Of a DNA stretch of 64,000 bases, positions 23,437 through 43,607 are shown piece after piece (positions within the stretch are counted from its first letter, which is position 1; every line of letters starts with the position of its first letter). The translations under genes were made by a program, and so were the position numbers. The DNA is from the human T2T-CHM13v2.0 reference genome, Homo sapiens: NCBI RefSeq assembly GCF_009914755.1, contig NC_060941.1. One strand, 5' to 3'. Below the pieces are notes generated by a model, which was not told the DNA's origin, did not search any database, and saw nothing but the letters and a program-made list of their open reading frames with translations.

Positions 23437-23835
23437 TGATCTGCCCACCTCGGCCTCCCAAAGTGCTGGGATTACAGGCGTGAGCCACCGTGCCCAGCCT
23501 GATTTTTGTATTTTTATTAGAAACGGGGTTTCACCATGTTGGTCAGGCTGGTCTCAAACTCCTGACCTCAAGTGATCTGCCTGCCTCAGCCTCCCAAAGT
23601 GCTGGGATTACAGGCGTGAGCCACCGCGACTGGCCTATTTATCCTTTTTTCTATATTACCAGGTTTGGTTTGCTAAAATTGGTTAGCTGTTGCATGTCTA
23701 TGCTAACAGGAATATTGGTCTATATTTTCTTTTCTTATAATGTCCTTGTTTGGTTTTGGTACCAGGATTATGCTGGCTTCGAAAACAAGTTGGGAAATAT
23801 TCCTCTATTTTTTCTTTCTTTCTTTTTTTTTCTGA

Positions 23836-23943
<108 letters not shown>

Positions 23944-25359
23944 TAACTGGCATTACAGGTATGTGTCACCACGCCTAGCTACTTTTTGTATTTTTAGTAG
24001 AGATGGGGTTTCGCCGTGTTGGCCAGGCTGGTCTCGAACTCCCGACCTCAAATGATCCCCTGCCTCAGCGTACCAAAGTGCTGAGATTACAGGTATGAGC
24101 CACCGCGCCCAGTCTGTTCCTCTGTTTTCTGAAGAGTTTGTGTAAGATGGGTACTGTTTCTTCCTCCAACGTTTAAAGAGAGCAGAGAACAGAGGAGATA
24201 AATAGAAAATAGCACTAAGAGGTCAGGCATGGTGGCTCACACCTGTAATCCCAGCACTTTGGGAGGCCGAGATGGGATGAAAGCTTGAGGCCAGCAGTTT
24301 GAGACCAGCCTGGGCAACATAGTGAGATCCTGTCAATACAAAAAAATAAAATAGTTAGCTGGGTGTGGTGGAGTAATCCCAGCTACTCGTGAGGCTGCTA
24401 GAGGACTGCTTGAGCCCAGGGGTTCGAGGCTGCAGTAAGCCTTGATTGTGCCATTGTACTCTAGCCTGGGCAACAGTGTGAGTCCCTGTCTCAAAAATTA
24501 ACAAAGAAAAAAAGAAAATAGCACTAAAATGGTAGCCCTATACTCCAACTGTAAAATAATTAAAATTAAAAGCATTCAGTAGAGAAAGGAAGCCTATTTC
24601 AACAAGTGGAGACAGAATAACTGGATTTCCATACAGGAAAGATACCAGAGACTGACTCCTACACCTCACACCATAAACAATTAATTTTAAGAATTAATTA
24701 ATGGCTCAAGGACCTTACTGTAAAACTTACAACCATAAAGGTCCTAAAAGAAAATGTAAGATAATATCTTCATGACCCTGGGGTTAAAAAAAAAAAAAAA
24801 GATGTCCTAAACAGGACAAGGCAAATACTGAACATAAAAAAGATAAATCCACTCCTCTTAAGATACTGTAAACTCTGTAAAGCAAACAAATAGGCAAGCA
24901 ACAGATCAGAAGAAAACATTCACGACACATGGATCTGATAAAGGACTTGTATCCAGAATGTATAAAGCAGTCCCACAACTGAACAATAAAAACAAACAAA
25001 AAACCAAAATAACAGGTAAAAGACTCGAAGAGCTACTTTACAAACAAAATACGAATGGCCAATAGGCACATGAAAAAATGCTGAACATCCTTAGTCAATA
25101 GAGAACTGTAAATTACAACCACAAGGATATACCACATTAGAAAGACTGACAATACCTAATGTCCGGAAGGCTGTGGCACAACCATAATAACTCCCATACC
25201 TTGCTAGTTGGAGTGTAAAATGGTACAACCGCTCTGGAAAACTCAGAGCTTCTGAAAAAGTTCAAAATACAGCTACTTTTTACTTCCAAACTCGCAATTC
25301 CCCTCCTAAGTATTTCTCCAAGAAACACGAAAACATATGATCACAAAAAGAATTGTACA

Positions 25360-26475
<1,116 letters not shown>

Positions 26476-27480
26476 ACACTTCTTTCCCTCCCTGTCTCAC
26501 GCCATGGTAGCGTCCGCCTAGGTTGCAGGCGACCCGCGGGGTGGGGCACACCATTCAAAGAAGGGGAGGGATTGAGGTTTGCATCAAAACAAATACCCCT
26601 GCCTTTGCAAAGGCCATAACTAAGTAATCCAGAAAAAGAAATGCAGGCGGAGAATAGCAGCCTCCCTCTGCCAAGTAAGAGGAACCGGCCTAAAGGACAT
26701 TTTCTCTCTCTCTCCTCCCCTCTCATCGGGTGAATAGTGAGCTGCTCCGGCAAAAAGAAACCGGAAATGCTGCTGCAAGAGGCAGAAATGTAAATGTGGA
26801 GCCAAACAATAACAGGGCTGCCGGGCCTCTCAGATTGCGACGGTCCTCCTCGGCCTGGCGGGCAAACCCCTGGTTTAGCACTTCTCACTTCCACGACTGA
26901 CAGCCTTCAATTGGATTTTCTCCATCTAGCGGAGCCGGGGGCTGCCTGGAAAGATCGCTCCAGGAAGGACAAAGGTCCGGAAGTTGTGGGACCTTAGCAG
27001 CTTGGGCTCCCCGGATCACCCCCAAATGATCATTTCGGAATGGAGCCCCAGTTTTCACTAGGATGCCATGGGCTCTAAAATATACAGCTATGAGTTCTCA
27101 ATGTTTCGAGATCCAAAAGTCTCAGACCTCAATGCTTTGTGCATCTTTTATTTCAGGGATTCCCTACGCCCAGCACCGGGTGGATGTGCAAAGAAGTACG
27201 CTTTAGGCCGGCTCAAGGTTCCCCAAAGCTCCACTCCTCTGCCTAGGCGTTCAACTTTGAGTTCGGATGGTCCTAACATCCCCATCATCTACACCCAGGT
27301 CTCCCAACAATGCAACTCCTATGATGATCCCTCTAGCCAAGCTTCCATCCCACTCACCCCCAAACTCGCTAAGTCCCCACTGCCCCACCCCCAGCCCCAG
27401 CGATTTTCCCGAGCTGAAAATACACGGAGCCGAGAGCCCGTGACTCAGAGAGGACTCATCAAGTTCAGTCAGGAGCTTAC

Positions 27481-27654
27481 CCAATCCAGGGAAGCGTGTC
27501 ACCGTCGTGGAAAGCACGCTCCCAGCCCGAACGCAAAGTGTCCCCGGAGCCCAGCAGCTACCTGCTCCCTGGACGGTGGCTCTAGACTTTTGAGAAGCTC
27601 AAAACTTTTAGCGCCAGTCTTGAGCACATGGGAGGGGAAAACCCCAATCCCATC
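27481..27654 (-). other. TP53: TP53 non-coding exon 1 (several TSSs, about 27594-27654)
   Basis: GGATTGG|gtaagc donor at 27481/27480; recognised 5'UTR GATGGGATTGGGGTTTTCCCC...CTCAAAAGTCTAGAGCCACC. Confidence 0.95.
27625..27645 (-). promoter_or_regulatory. TP53: TP53 core promoter E-box (CATGTG, 27625-27630) and NF-kB site (GGGGTTTTCCCC, 27634-27645)
   Basis: Motifs read directly; known USF/Myc and NF-kB sites. Confidence 0.85.
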
Positions 27655-28279
27655 AACCCCTGCGAGGCTCCTGGCACAAAGCTGGACAGTCGCCATGACA
27701 AGTAAGGGCAAGTAATCCGCCTGCCGGAGGAAGCAAAGGAAATGGAGTTGGGGAGGAGGGTGCAGAGTCAGGATTCTCGCCGACCTGGTGCCGTAGATAC
27801 TAACATTTTGGGGTGGAAAATTCTGCAAGCCAGAGCTGTGAGGGCAGAATTGGTGGAAATCATTTTGGAGGAATCCTGCATTGTGTCAAATATGAAGGGT
27901 GGAAGGAAGAAAGCTTTTGCGTTTGCTCTCAGCTGGATCCTTTCTTCTCATCAGTTAAAATGTCATTTTTTAGGAAGGCTTTCCGTAATATCACACCCTA
28001 ACGTTTTCTCCCAGATACTTTATATCACACCATCTTATTTAATCTCCTTCACAACCCTTATCACTCTGATAAGATTTATTTGTTCATTGCTTTCAGTACA
28101 TGGAAACGTAAGCCTTATGAGGATATAGAATTTTTCTACTATCTTATTCATTGTTGTATTCCTGAGTGCCTATATCAGTGCTGGGTAGCAAGTAAGAGCT
28201 CGATAATAAATATTTTTTGAATGAGGGAGACAGGTCTGAAGCCTGGAGAATGAGATGCAGAAGAGGTGCAAGACCTGCT

Positions 28280-28293
28280 GCGCCCTCTGCAGG
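28280..28293 (-). promoter_or_regulatory. CTCF motif CCTGCAGAGGGCGC
   Basis: One mismatch to CCAGCAGAGGGCGC, in a CpG island. Confidence 0.65.
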
Positions 28294-28383
28294 CGGCGGG
28301 GGGGCGGTGCAGGTGCTTTAAGAATTACCGCGGGACTCGGTAGGGGGAGCGTAGGCGCTTCTCGCCAAGATAGAAGCGTTCAG

Positions 28384-28402
28384 ACTACAACTCCCAGCAG
28401 CC
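28384..28402 (+). promoter_or_regulatory. ZNF143/THAP11 composite motif ACTACAACTCCCAGCAGCC
   Basis: Matches ACTACAnnTCCCA, typical of bidirectional promoters. Confidence 0.8.
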
Positions 28403-28449
28403 ACGAGGAGCCCTAGGGCTTGATGGGAACGGGAAACCTTCTAACCTTT

Positions 28450-28665
28450 CACGTCCCGGCTCCGCGGGTTCCGTGGGTCGCCCGCGAAATCTGATCCGGG
28501 ATGCGGCGGCCCAATCGGAAGGTGGACCGAAATCCCGCGACAGCAAGAGGCCCGTAGCGACCCGCGGTGCTAAGGAACACAGTGCTTTCAAAAGAATTGG
28601 CGTCCGCTGTTCGCCTCTCCTCCCGGGAGTCTTCTGCCTACTCCCAGAAGAGGAGGGAAGCACAG
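28450..28665 (+). other. WRAP53: WRAP53 non-coding exon 1beta (start approximate)
   Basis: CACAG|gtgggt donor at 28665/28666; short intron to cag|TATG at 28751/28752. Confidence 0.7.
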
Positions 28666-28728
28666 GTGGGTTTCTTTAGCTCTGCGTCGGATCCCTGAGA
28701 ACTTCGAAGCCATCCTGGCTGAGGCTAA

Positions 28729-29184
<456 letters not shown>

Positions 29185-29256
29185 TAAGTGGTGATGGCAG
29201 TGGAGTGTGGAGTCTGGGGAGATGAAGTGTGAGGTCGATCTGTCCTCTGGTCCTGA

Positions 29257-29427
<171 letters not shown>

Positions 29428-29676
29428 TAAGGATAACAACGGGGCAGGGAGCTGACCACCCCCGAGATTTTCACTGTAAAACAGTCCAGTTTTCTAGGAG
29501 AGGGATGCCCCAGAGCTGGGAGAAGCGGCACGTAGCCCTTTTAGACTGAGCTTACATTTTATCTAGCAGTTTGTGTCTTCTACTTCCCTCAAGGATTCAG
29601 GGGGGCTTACCTACCCCAGAGGCAGGCTCAGCCCTAGCCCTACACTTGAAAAGCATAGGTCTGGCCAGCTTTCTAA

Positions 29677-29934
<258 letters not shown>

Positions 29935-30016
29935 TAGCGTTTTCTGCCCCGAATTCTGAAGTTATTTAGAGAGAGGTTTCCCCTTTCTTTAATTAGGAAT
30001 CTGTGTTTTTTGCTAA

Positions 30017-30365
<349 letters not shown>

Positions 30366-30774
30366 TGATTGACTACTGATATATGTTAGTCACTGTGCTG
30401 GGATAAAGTGGTGGACAAGACAGATGAAGGGCTGGTTTGCTTTCTGTGTGGGAGACAGACAACAAACATGTAAACCAGCAAGCATCAGGACCAAGATGAT
30501 GATAAATGCTCTGAAGGAAATACACAGAATGAAGAGAGACTAACTAGAGGAAAGCACATTGCATAAAATGGTCAGGAAGGAGCTCTCTGAAAAGGAGGCA
30601 TTTGAGCTAAGACCTGAAGGAGGATAAGGGATCAGTCATGTGAAGGCTTCTGGAAAGAGCTTTCCAGGAACTGGCAATGATACTATAAACACCCAGAACT
30701 GGGAAATAGCTTTGTGCGTTAAAAGACCAGAAAGGCCCTGCATGGTGGCTCACGCCTGTAATCCCAGCTACTCA

Positions 30775-31047
<273 letters not shown>

Positions 31048-31149
31048 TCACACCTGTAATCCCAGCACTTTGGGAGGCTGAGGTGGGCAGATCACCTGAG
31101 GTCAAGAGTTTGAGACCAGCCTGGCCAACATGGCAAAACCTCATCTCTA

Positions 31150-31470
<321 letters not shown>

Positions 31471-31488
31471 TTATTTGGGAAGTCATGA

Positions 31489-31730
<242 letters not shown>

Positions 31731-31932
31731 TGATCCGCCGGTCTCGGCCTCCCAAAGTGCTGGGATTATAGGCATGAGCCACCGCGCCTGGCTTAATTTT
31801 TGTATTTTTAGTAGAGACAGGTTTTGCCACGTTGGCCTGGCTGGTCTCAAACTCCTGACCTCAGGTGATCCACCTGCCTCAGCCTTCCAAAGTGCTAGGA
31901 TTACAGGCGTGAGCCACCATGCCAGGCCATGA

Positions 31933-32274
<342 letters not shown>

Positions 32275-32419
32275 TTATGGGTGGGCAAGAGTGAAATCCA
32301 GGGCCAGGCACGGTGGCTCACGCCTGTAATCCCAACACTTTGGGAGGCTGAGATGGGTGGATCACCTGAGGTGAAGAGTTTTAGACCAGCCTGGCCAACA
32401 TGGTAAAACCCTGTCTCTA

Positions 32420-32774
<355 letters not shown>

Positions 32775-32829
32775 CTAATCAGGTTCTGCCTCCATCGCTT
32801 CCTGAAAGTGCTCTTGTCAAGGTCACTAA

Positions 32830-32985
<156 letters not shown>

Positions 32986-35015
32986 TAGCTGGGACTACAG
33001 GCGCCCGCCACCACGCCTGGCTAATTTTTTGTATTTTTAGTAGAGACGGGGTTTCACCATGGTCTCGATCTCCTGACCTCGTGATCCTCCTGCCTCGGCC
33101 TCCCAAAGTGCTGGGATTACAAGCATGAGCCACCGCGCCCAGCCCCTCTTGGGTCATTCTCTAAATTCGCCTCACTGCATCTCTTAGCAGCATGAGTCAC
33201 TGTCTCCACCTCCCTGCGCTGGAGCACTCAGGCACTCAGGGCTCTGCTGGGCCTTCTCCTCCTCCATCAGCACTCTTTCTTTTTTTTCTTTTTTTTGAGA
33301 CGGAGTTTCAAAAAATCAGACCCACCAAGGCATGTGGCAGTTGTGTTGCTCTTTGCTCGGTACCCGCTAGAGGTCTGTTGCCATTAATTTGAAATGAGAC
33401 CAGTTAGTGTGACTGTGCATCTTTCCTGGCAAGTTAAATGACTATAGTTTCTCTGTTTGTAAAATGGGGATGATTATAATAGCACCTGCCTCACAGAGTT
33501 GTGAGAATTAAAATAATCAGTAATGAATTAAAGCACTTAAGGCCGGGTGCGGTGGCTCACGCCTATAATCCCAGCACTTTGGGGGGCCGAGGCAGGTGGA
33601 TCGCCTGAGGTCAGGAATTCAAGACCGACCTGGCCAACATAGTGAAACCCTGTCTTTACTAAAAATACAAAAATTAGCCGGGCTTAGTGGCGGGCGCCTG
33701 TAATCCCAGCTACTTGGGAGGTTTGAGGCAGGAGAATTGCTTGAATCCAGGAGGCGAAGGTTGCAGTGAGCTGATCGCACCACTGCACTCCAGCCTGGGC
33801 AAGAGAGCAAGACTTAGTCTCAAAAAAAAATAATAAAATTAAAAAAAAGTACTTAAAACAGCACCTAGCATATAGTAAGTGTTCGGTAAACACTAGTAGT
33901 CACTGGTATCAGTTGTGTGCAAGCCAAGAATAGGAGGATGGTATGGTTGAGGTTTACCAGGAGAGAAAGACAAGGGTATCCTGAGAGTGTCTTCAAGAGT
34001 GTGCATGCCATGGTGGACTAGAATCTACAGTGGGTAAGGAACTGGACTGTAAATAAGTTTTTGATGAAGCTGAATAAATTGTCATGGTAGAAATAGCAGA
34101 GCAGGGTCAGGCCTGGTGGCTCACGCCTGTAATCCCGACACTTTGGGAGGCCGAGGCGGGTGGATCACCTAAGGTCAGGAGTTCGAGACCAGCCTGGCCA
34201 ATATGGTGAAACCCCGTCTCTACTAAAAAAGATACAAAGTTAGCCAGGCATGGTCGTGATTATGATATTAATGATTATAATATTAAAACATTTTAAAAAA
34301 TATATCTTGCAATACAGATAGTCAATTTGTTTTCTTTTTTTCTTTCTTTTTTTTTTTTTTTTTTTGAGACAGAGTCTCGCTCTGTGGCCCAGGCTGGAGA
34401 GCAGTGGTGTGATCTTGCCTCACTGCAACCTCTGTTTCCCGGTTCAAGCGATTCTCCTGCCTCAGCTTCCTGAGTAGCTGGGATTACAGGCACGCACCAC
34501 CGCACCCGGCTAATTTTTGTATTTTTAGTAGAGATGGGGTTTCGCCAAGTTGGCCAGGCTGGTCTCAAACTCCCGACCTCAAGTGATCCACCCATTTCCG
34601 CCTCCTAAAGTGCTGGGATTACAGGCGTGAGCCACTGCTCCTGGCCAGTCAGTTTGTTTTCAAAAGATTTTTGTGGCTGGTGTGGTGGCTCATGCCTATA
34701 ATCCCAGCACTTTGGGAGACCAAGGTGGGAGGAATGCTTGAGCCCAGGAGTTTGAGACCAGCCTTGGTAACACAGCCAGATCCTGTCTCTATCAAAAAAG
34801 TTGGGCCTATGGTCCCAGCTACTTGGGAGGCTGAGGTGGGAGGATCGCTTGAGCCTGCGAGGTTGAGGCTGCCATGACCTTTGATTGCACCATTGTACTC
34901 TAGCCTGGGCGACAGAGTGAGACTCTGTCTCAAAACAAACAACCAAAACCTTTTTGTGCTTTTTTTTTTTTTTTTCCTGCTAGTGTACCAGTTCTATCGC
35001 AACCTCTCTCATTAG

Positions 35016-35264
<249 letters not shown>

Positions 35265-36283
35265 TAGCCAGGATGGTCTCGATCTCCTGACCTCGTGATC
35301 CGCCCGCCTTGGCCTCTCAAAGTGCTGGGATTACAGGCGTGAGCCACTGCACCCGGCCTTAAATAGATAAAATTTGTATAGGTCAGAAAATTGGGGAAGG
35401 GTGTATTTGGGTATTTCCATATACTTGTGTGTACTGAGTCTTCTTCCCAATATAGTTTCTCGGGTTTTCTCCTTTCTTTTCCACCTTTTCACAGAACTTT
35501 CTGCAAGTCTCATTTCCAGCTCCCCAGCGTCTTTCCTGAGTACTTGCCCTGCCCCGTGGGTCTTGCAGGAAGCCTTTACTCCTCGTCTTGCCCTCTCCAG
35601 GAGACACTTTGCATCCTCTGTACCCTTTATCTCTCAGGGTGGGGACGGGGAATGTCCTCATTCCCAAATGCTGTAGCCACACAATTGCTCTTTCGTCTTT
35701 GTGAAACTTTTCCCTTGAGGCTTATGCTGATTCTCTCTCCCGCTGACGACGTTGGCACTGTACAGCCTTCCGGTGCTCTCCTGTTCGCCCGCCATTTTGG
35801 TGACCTCAGGTATCCAAGCCAAAAGCCAGGGTCTCTCTCATCCTTTAATCTTTAATCTCCCTGTTCCTAACCCCTCACATCCAATTACTTCCCAAATCCC
35901 ATCAAGTCTGCCTAATCTTCCTAATCCACCCACATCTGTCCCTCCCACTGCCTCTACTTTAATTCAAGGTCCTATTATTTTGGGCCTTATGTTGCTGAAA
36001 CAGTCTCCTGCCTCCTTTTGCTCATTAAAACCGTATTTGTTGACTCTGCTTATTCTGCACCACGTGTTGGGGAAGCAGTGGTGAGAGCGAGGCAGATGTG
36101 ATTCCCTCCTTCTCTGATAGGTATGACGGAAGGGGAGTGAGGAGCACCAGGGGCTATAGGAAAGAGGAACAGGGGCGCCTTGCTTAGCTGGAGGGGTTAG
36201 GGAAGCGTTCCCAGAGGAAGAAGCATCTAAGAGACCTGAAGGATGACTAGGATTCAGCCAGGAGGAGTCGTTGGGGGAGATGA

Positions 36284-36607
<324 letters not shown>

Positions 36608-37223
36608 TAGCCAGGATGGTCTCGATCTCCTGACCTTGTGATCCGCCCGCCTTGGCCTCCCAAAGTGCTGGGATTACTGGCGTGAGCCACTGCGCCCGGT
36701 CAGGACTCAGAGATTTTTATGGGAATTAGCAGATAGAGATAAGCCTTGAGAGGTGGGTCGGGGGTAGCACGTGGTAATGGAAGACTAGGAGGAGGAACTG
36801 GCAAGATTTGGTATTGGGTTGGACCAGGAGTGGAAAGGAAGTGAAGAGTGGTAGCAGTCAAGGCTGGTGCTCAGATTTCAGGATTGAGCACTGGTGTGGA
36901 GTCCAGGAGGAACAGCAGGTTTGATGGTGGTGGATGCCGGGCCTATTATGGACAAATTGAGTTTGAGGAACCTGTGGGATGATCAAGTGGCACTGTCCAC
37001 CAGGCAGTTGGATATATGGGTTCAGAGTATAGAGGTGGACACTGAAGTCCTGGCTGGTTGACATCAGCCTGAGGCCCAGAAGACAACTGACGAAGGACAG
37101 TGTCCAGACTATTTATCTCTCACAAATCAGTAAGAAAAAGACGGCTGGGCATGGTGGCTCATGCCTGTAATCCCAGCACTTTGGGAAGCCGAGGCAGGTG
37201 GATCACCCGAGGTCAGGAGTTCA

Positions 37224-37798
<575 letters not shown>

Positions 37799-37960
37799 TT
37801 ATGAAAAGGTGTACCTAACTAAATGGCCAGTAAACATAGAGGAAATATCTAATCTCTCTTATAGTAATGATGGAAATACAAATTTATGCTGTAATGAAAT
37901 ACCATTTCACCACCTTCAAATTGAGAAAAATGTAAAAGTCTGGCAATACCAAGAAGATAA

Positions 37961-38182
<222 letters not shown>

Positions 38183-38982
38183 TAGAATAGAGACTCTTAT
38201 ACACTGCTGGTGGGAGAGGACATTGGGACAAGTGCTTTGGGAAAGAAATTGACATTATAGTATCTTACAAAGTTTGCAAAGTGCATAGCGTAGAGACCAG
38301 TAATTTTACTCTTCAGCAGAAACTGTAGAGAAACCCTTCTACATGTGTACAGAATGTTAAAGCACACTAGCCAAAAAACAGAAAAACATCAGTGATTCTA
38401 AATAGAAGAAGGGTAGATCAGTTTGAATATATTCATGAGTAGAGTACTATACACCAGTGAAAATGCATGAATTAGAGCAAAATGTGTTTCCATGGTTAAA
38501 GCTTGCTATCACAGAGGGATGTATATGATATAATACCATTACTGTTAAGTCTAGGCCGGGCATGGTGGCTCATGCTTGTAATCCCAGTGCATTGAAAGGC
38601 TGAGGTGGCTGGATTGCTTGAGGCCAGGAGTTTTAGACCAGCGTGAGCAACACAGACCCCTGTTTCTACAAAAAAATAATTTTAAAGATTAGCCGGGCAG
38701 GCTGGGCGTGGTGTCTCATGCCTGTAATCCCAGCACTTGGGAGACTGAGGTGGGTGGATCACGAGGTCAGGAGTTCAAGACCAGCCTGGCCAAGATGGTG
38801 AAACCCCGTCTCTACTAAAAATACAAAAAAATTAGCCGGGCGTGATAGCAGGCGCCTGTAATCGTAGCTACTCAGGAGGCTGAGGCAGAGAATTGCTTGA
38901 GTCTGGGAGGCAGAGGTTGCAGTGAGCCAAGATTGTGCCACTGCATTCCAGCCTGGGCGACAGAGCGAGACTCCGTCAAAAA

Positions 38983-39013
<31 letters not shown>

Positions 39014-39304
39014 GCCAGGTATGGTGGCTTATGCTTATATTCCCAGTTACTAGGGAGGCTGAGGCCAGGGGATTGTTTGCTTGAGCCCAGGAGTTTGAGG
39101 TTTCAGTGAGATGATTGCGCCACTGTGCTCCAGCCTAGGCAACAGAGTAAGACCCTGTCTCTAAGAAAAGAAAAAATTAAGTCTAAAGACCTGCAAGACA
39201 ACGTTAGATACTGTTTTTTTTCCCATATGAATATACTCCTAGGCTGGGCGCAGTGGCTCACACCTGTAATCCCAGCACTTTGGGAGGCTGAGGCAGAAAG
39301 ATCA

Positions 39305-39661
<357 letters not shown>

Positions 39662-40021
39662 CTAAGGAAATGTATGACAGTGATAAATTCAAGATAGTGT
39701 TTACCTCTGAGGGAGAGTTTCTGTTAGGAAAGGGGTTTAAACATATCTTTTTGTTCAGCTGGATGGAGGGGTCACAGGGCTGTTTTTTTAATAAGATACT
39801 TTGTATGTTTGAACTGTTTAATTTTTTTTCTTTATTTTTGTAAGGAGGTTTTTTTGTTTCCATTTTTGTATTTTTGAGACAGTGTTTCTGTTGCCCAGGC
39901 TGGAGTGCAGTGGCAATGATCTCAGCTCACTGTGGTCTCTATCTCCTGGGCTCAAGCAATTCTCATGCCTCAGCCTCCCTAGTAGCTGGGACTACAGGCA
40001 TGCACTACCATGCCCAGCTAA

Positions 40022-40292
<271 letters not shown>

Positions 40293-40860
40293 TGAGTATC
40301 TGGGATTACAGGTGTCCACCACCACGCCTGGCAAATTTTTGTACTAATATTTTTTTAAAGGATCAAATGGCACCTAGCATGTACTCAGTAAGTATTTGAA
40401 TAATTGGTTGGTTCTTTGTCTCTGGGTTGAGGTATTATTATTTGTTTCTTCCTCTCTAAGTGTTTATAAAGAAAAAGTATAAGGCCCGGCACGGTGGCTC
40501 ACACCTGTAATCCCAGCACTTTTGGAGGCTGAGGCGGGTGGATCACCTGAGGTCAGAAGTTTGAGACCAGCCTGGCCAACATCATGGTGAAACCCTGTCT
40601 CTATTAAAAAAAAAAACAAAAACAAAATTAGCCAGGCATGGTGGTGCATGCTCTGTCTCAAAATAATAAAAAAAAAAAAGTATGAATCTATATGGCTTTT
40701 GGTGGCTAAATTTGACATTAAAGTCTGAGCTCACCCTTGAACATTGAGACAGAGTCTGTGCTCCATATATACACCCCATCTGCCACAACACTGCTAGAGG
40801 CACGCGCCTCAGACTCCTTTTCCCTCCGAGTGACTCAGCCATTCCCCCGTCTCTGTATAG

Positions 40861-40949
40861 GTCCCTGTCCTTCGAATGGTGGAAGGTGATACCATCTATG
40901 ATTACTGCTGGTATTCTCTGATGTCCTCAGCCCAGCCAGACACCTCCTA
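40861..40949 (+). CDS. WRAP53: WRAP53 coding exon 4
   Basis: tag|GTCCCTG ... TCCTA|gtaagt; 89 nt; [29 protein letters not shown]. Confidence 0.97.
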
Positions 40950-41372
40950 GTAAGTAATGTTTGCCTCCCTGCTCGCCGCCCCACCACCCAGTTTCAAGCA
41001 GGGCCTCTTGGGAGAGTCAAGGGCTGCCAGGGGTCTTTGGAGGAGGAAGGCTTGGCATGCTTATCAGAGGGGCTGGTCAGTTGGCTTCCTCCCCTTCCTT
41101 TTTTTTTTTTTAGATTGAGTCTCCCTCTGTCACCCAGGCTGGAGGGCGGTGATGCAGTCTCAGCTCACTGCAACCTCCGCCTCCCAGGTTGAAGTGATTC
41201 TCCTGCCTCAGCCTCCTGAGTAGCTGGGATTACAGGTGTGCACCACCACACCCAGCTAATTGTGTATTTTTCATAGAGATGGGGTTTCACCACGTTGGCC
41301 AGGCTGGTCTCGAACTGACCTCAGGTGATCCACCTGCCTTGGCCTCCTGAAGTGCTTGGATTACAGGCATGA

Positions 41373-42163
<791 letters not shown>

Positions 42164-42300
42164 TGAAATCTTTCTAGAAAATTGTTGATAAAGCTGATTC
42201 CGTTTTCCTGTAGGCCTTCAACTTGCATCTCTCCAAGGAAGAACTGGGATTTGAGAGGGATGAAGTGGGGCTTGGGCATTTAGGTCCTTTGGGAGGATAG

Positions 42301-42687
<387 letters not shown>

Positions 42688-42745
42688 TGAGAGCCCAAAG
42701 CAGCTGGGCAGCGGGGCAGGAGCAGGGATGTAGTCTGCAGTGTAG

Positions 42746-42967
<222 letters not shown>

Positions 42968-43077
42968 TGAGTGGCTGTGACTCCTTCCTACACAGGGCCC
43001 TGATAAGCCTAGGAATGCCAGAGCCCAGCTGTAGGGTCCCAGTCCCTGGGTGTGAGGGGTTCCTGCCCCAGGGGTGA

Positions 43078-43296
<219 letters not shown>

Positions 43297-43362
43297 TGAA
43301 TCCCAGAGGGAGCAAGTGTCCTCACTGAAGGCACTGATAGACCCTCCCCATCTCTCCCTCAG

Positions 43363-43606
43363 CCTGCACCCTAGCCTGCCTCTCCTGGCCACTGCCTCCG
43401 GTCAGCGTGTGTTTCCTGAGCCCACAGAGAGTGGGGACGAAGGAGAGGAGCTGGGCCTTCCCTTGCTCTCCACGCGCCACGTCCACCTTGAATGTCGGCT
43501 TCAGCTCTGGTGGTGTGGGGGGGCGCCAGACTCCAGCATCCCTGATGATCACCAGGGCGAGAAAGGGCAGGGAGGAACGGAGGGAGGTGTGGGTGAGCTG
43601 ATATAA
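43363..43606 (+). CDS. WRAP53: WRAP53 last coding exon (Ala522 allele; ...GGVGELI*)
   Basis: 244 nt; exons sum to 1647 nt = 548 aa + TAA. Confidence 0.97.
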
Positions 43607-43607
43607 A
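43602..43607 (+). terminator. WRAP53: Probable WRAP53 poly(A) signal TATAAA overlapping the last codon and stop
   Basis: ATA-TAA-A; no AATAAA seen before the EFNB3 promoter; GU-rich TTCGTGTCTGTTTTG at 43631-43645. Confidence 0.6.

Larger units (their letters stand above)
27430..27711 (+). ncRNA. WRAP53: WRAP53 exon 1alpha, natural antisense overlap of TP53 exon 1 (start approximate; donor after 27701 or 27711)
   Basis: Established antisense architecture; two plus-strand CAA|GTAA donors 10 nt apart. Confidence 0.6.

Noticed and set aside
33294-33316. Short inverted repeat TTTTTTGAGACGGAGTTTCAAAAAA
   Set aside because: Stub of an Alu 3' end next to an A-run; too short and AT-rich to call a functional hairpin
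35480-35800. Processed pseudogene call for the unique island in the WRAP53 intron
   Set aside because: I could not recognise a parent protein, poly(A) tail or TSD; kept only as a promoter-like finding
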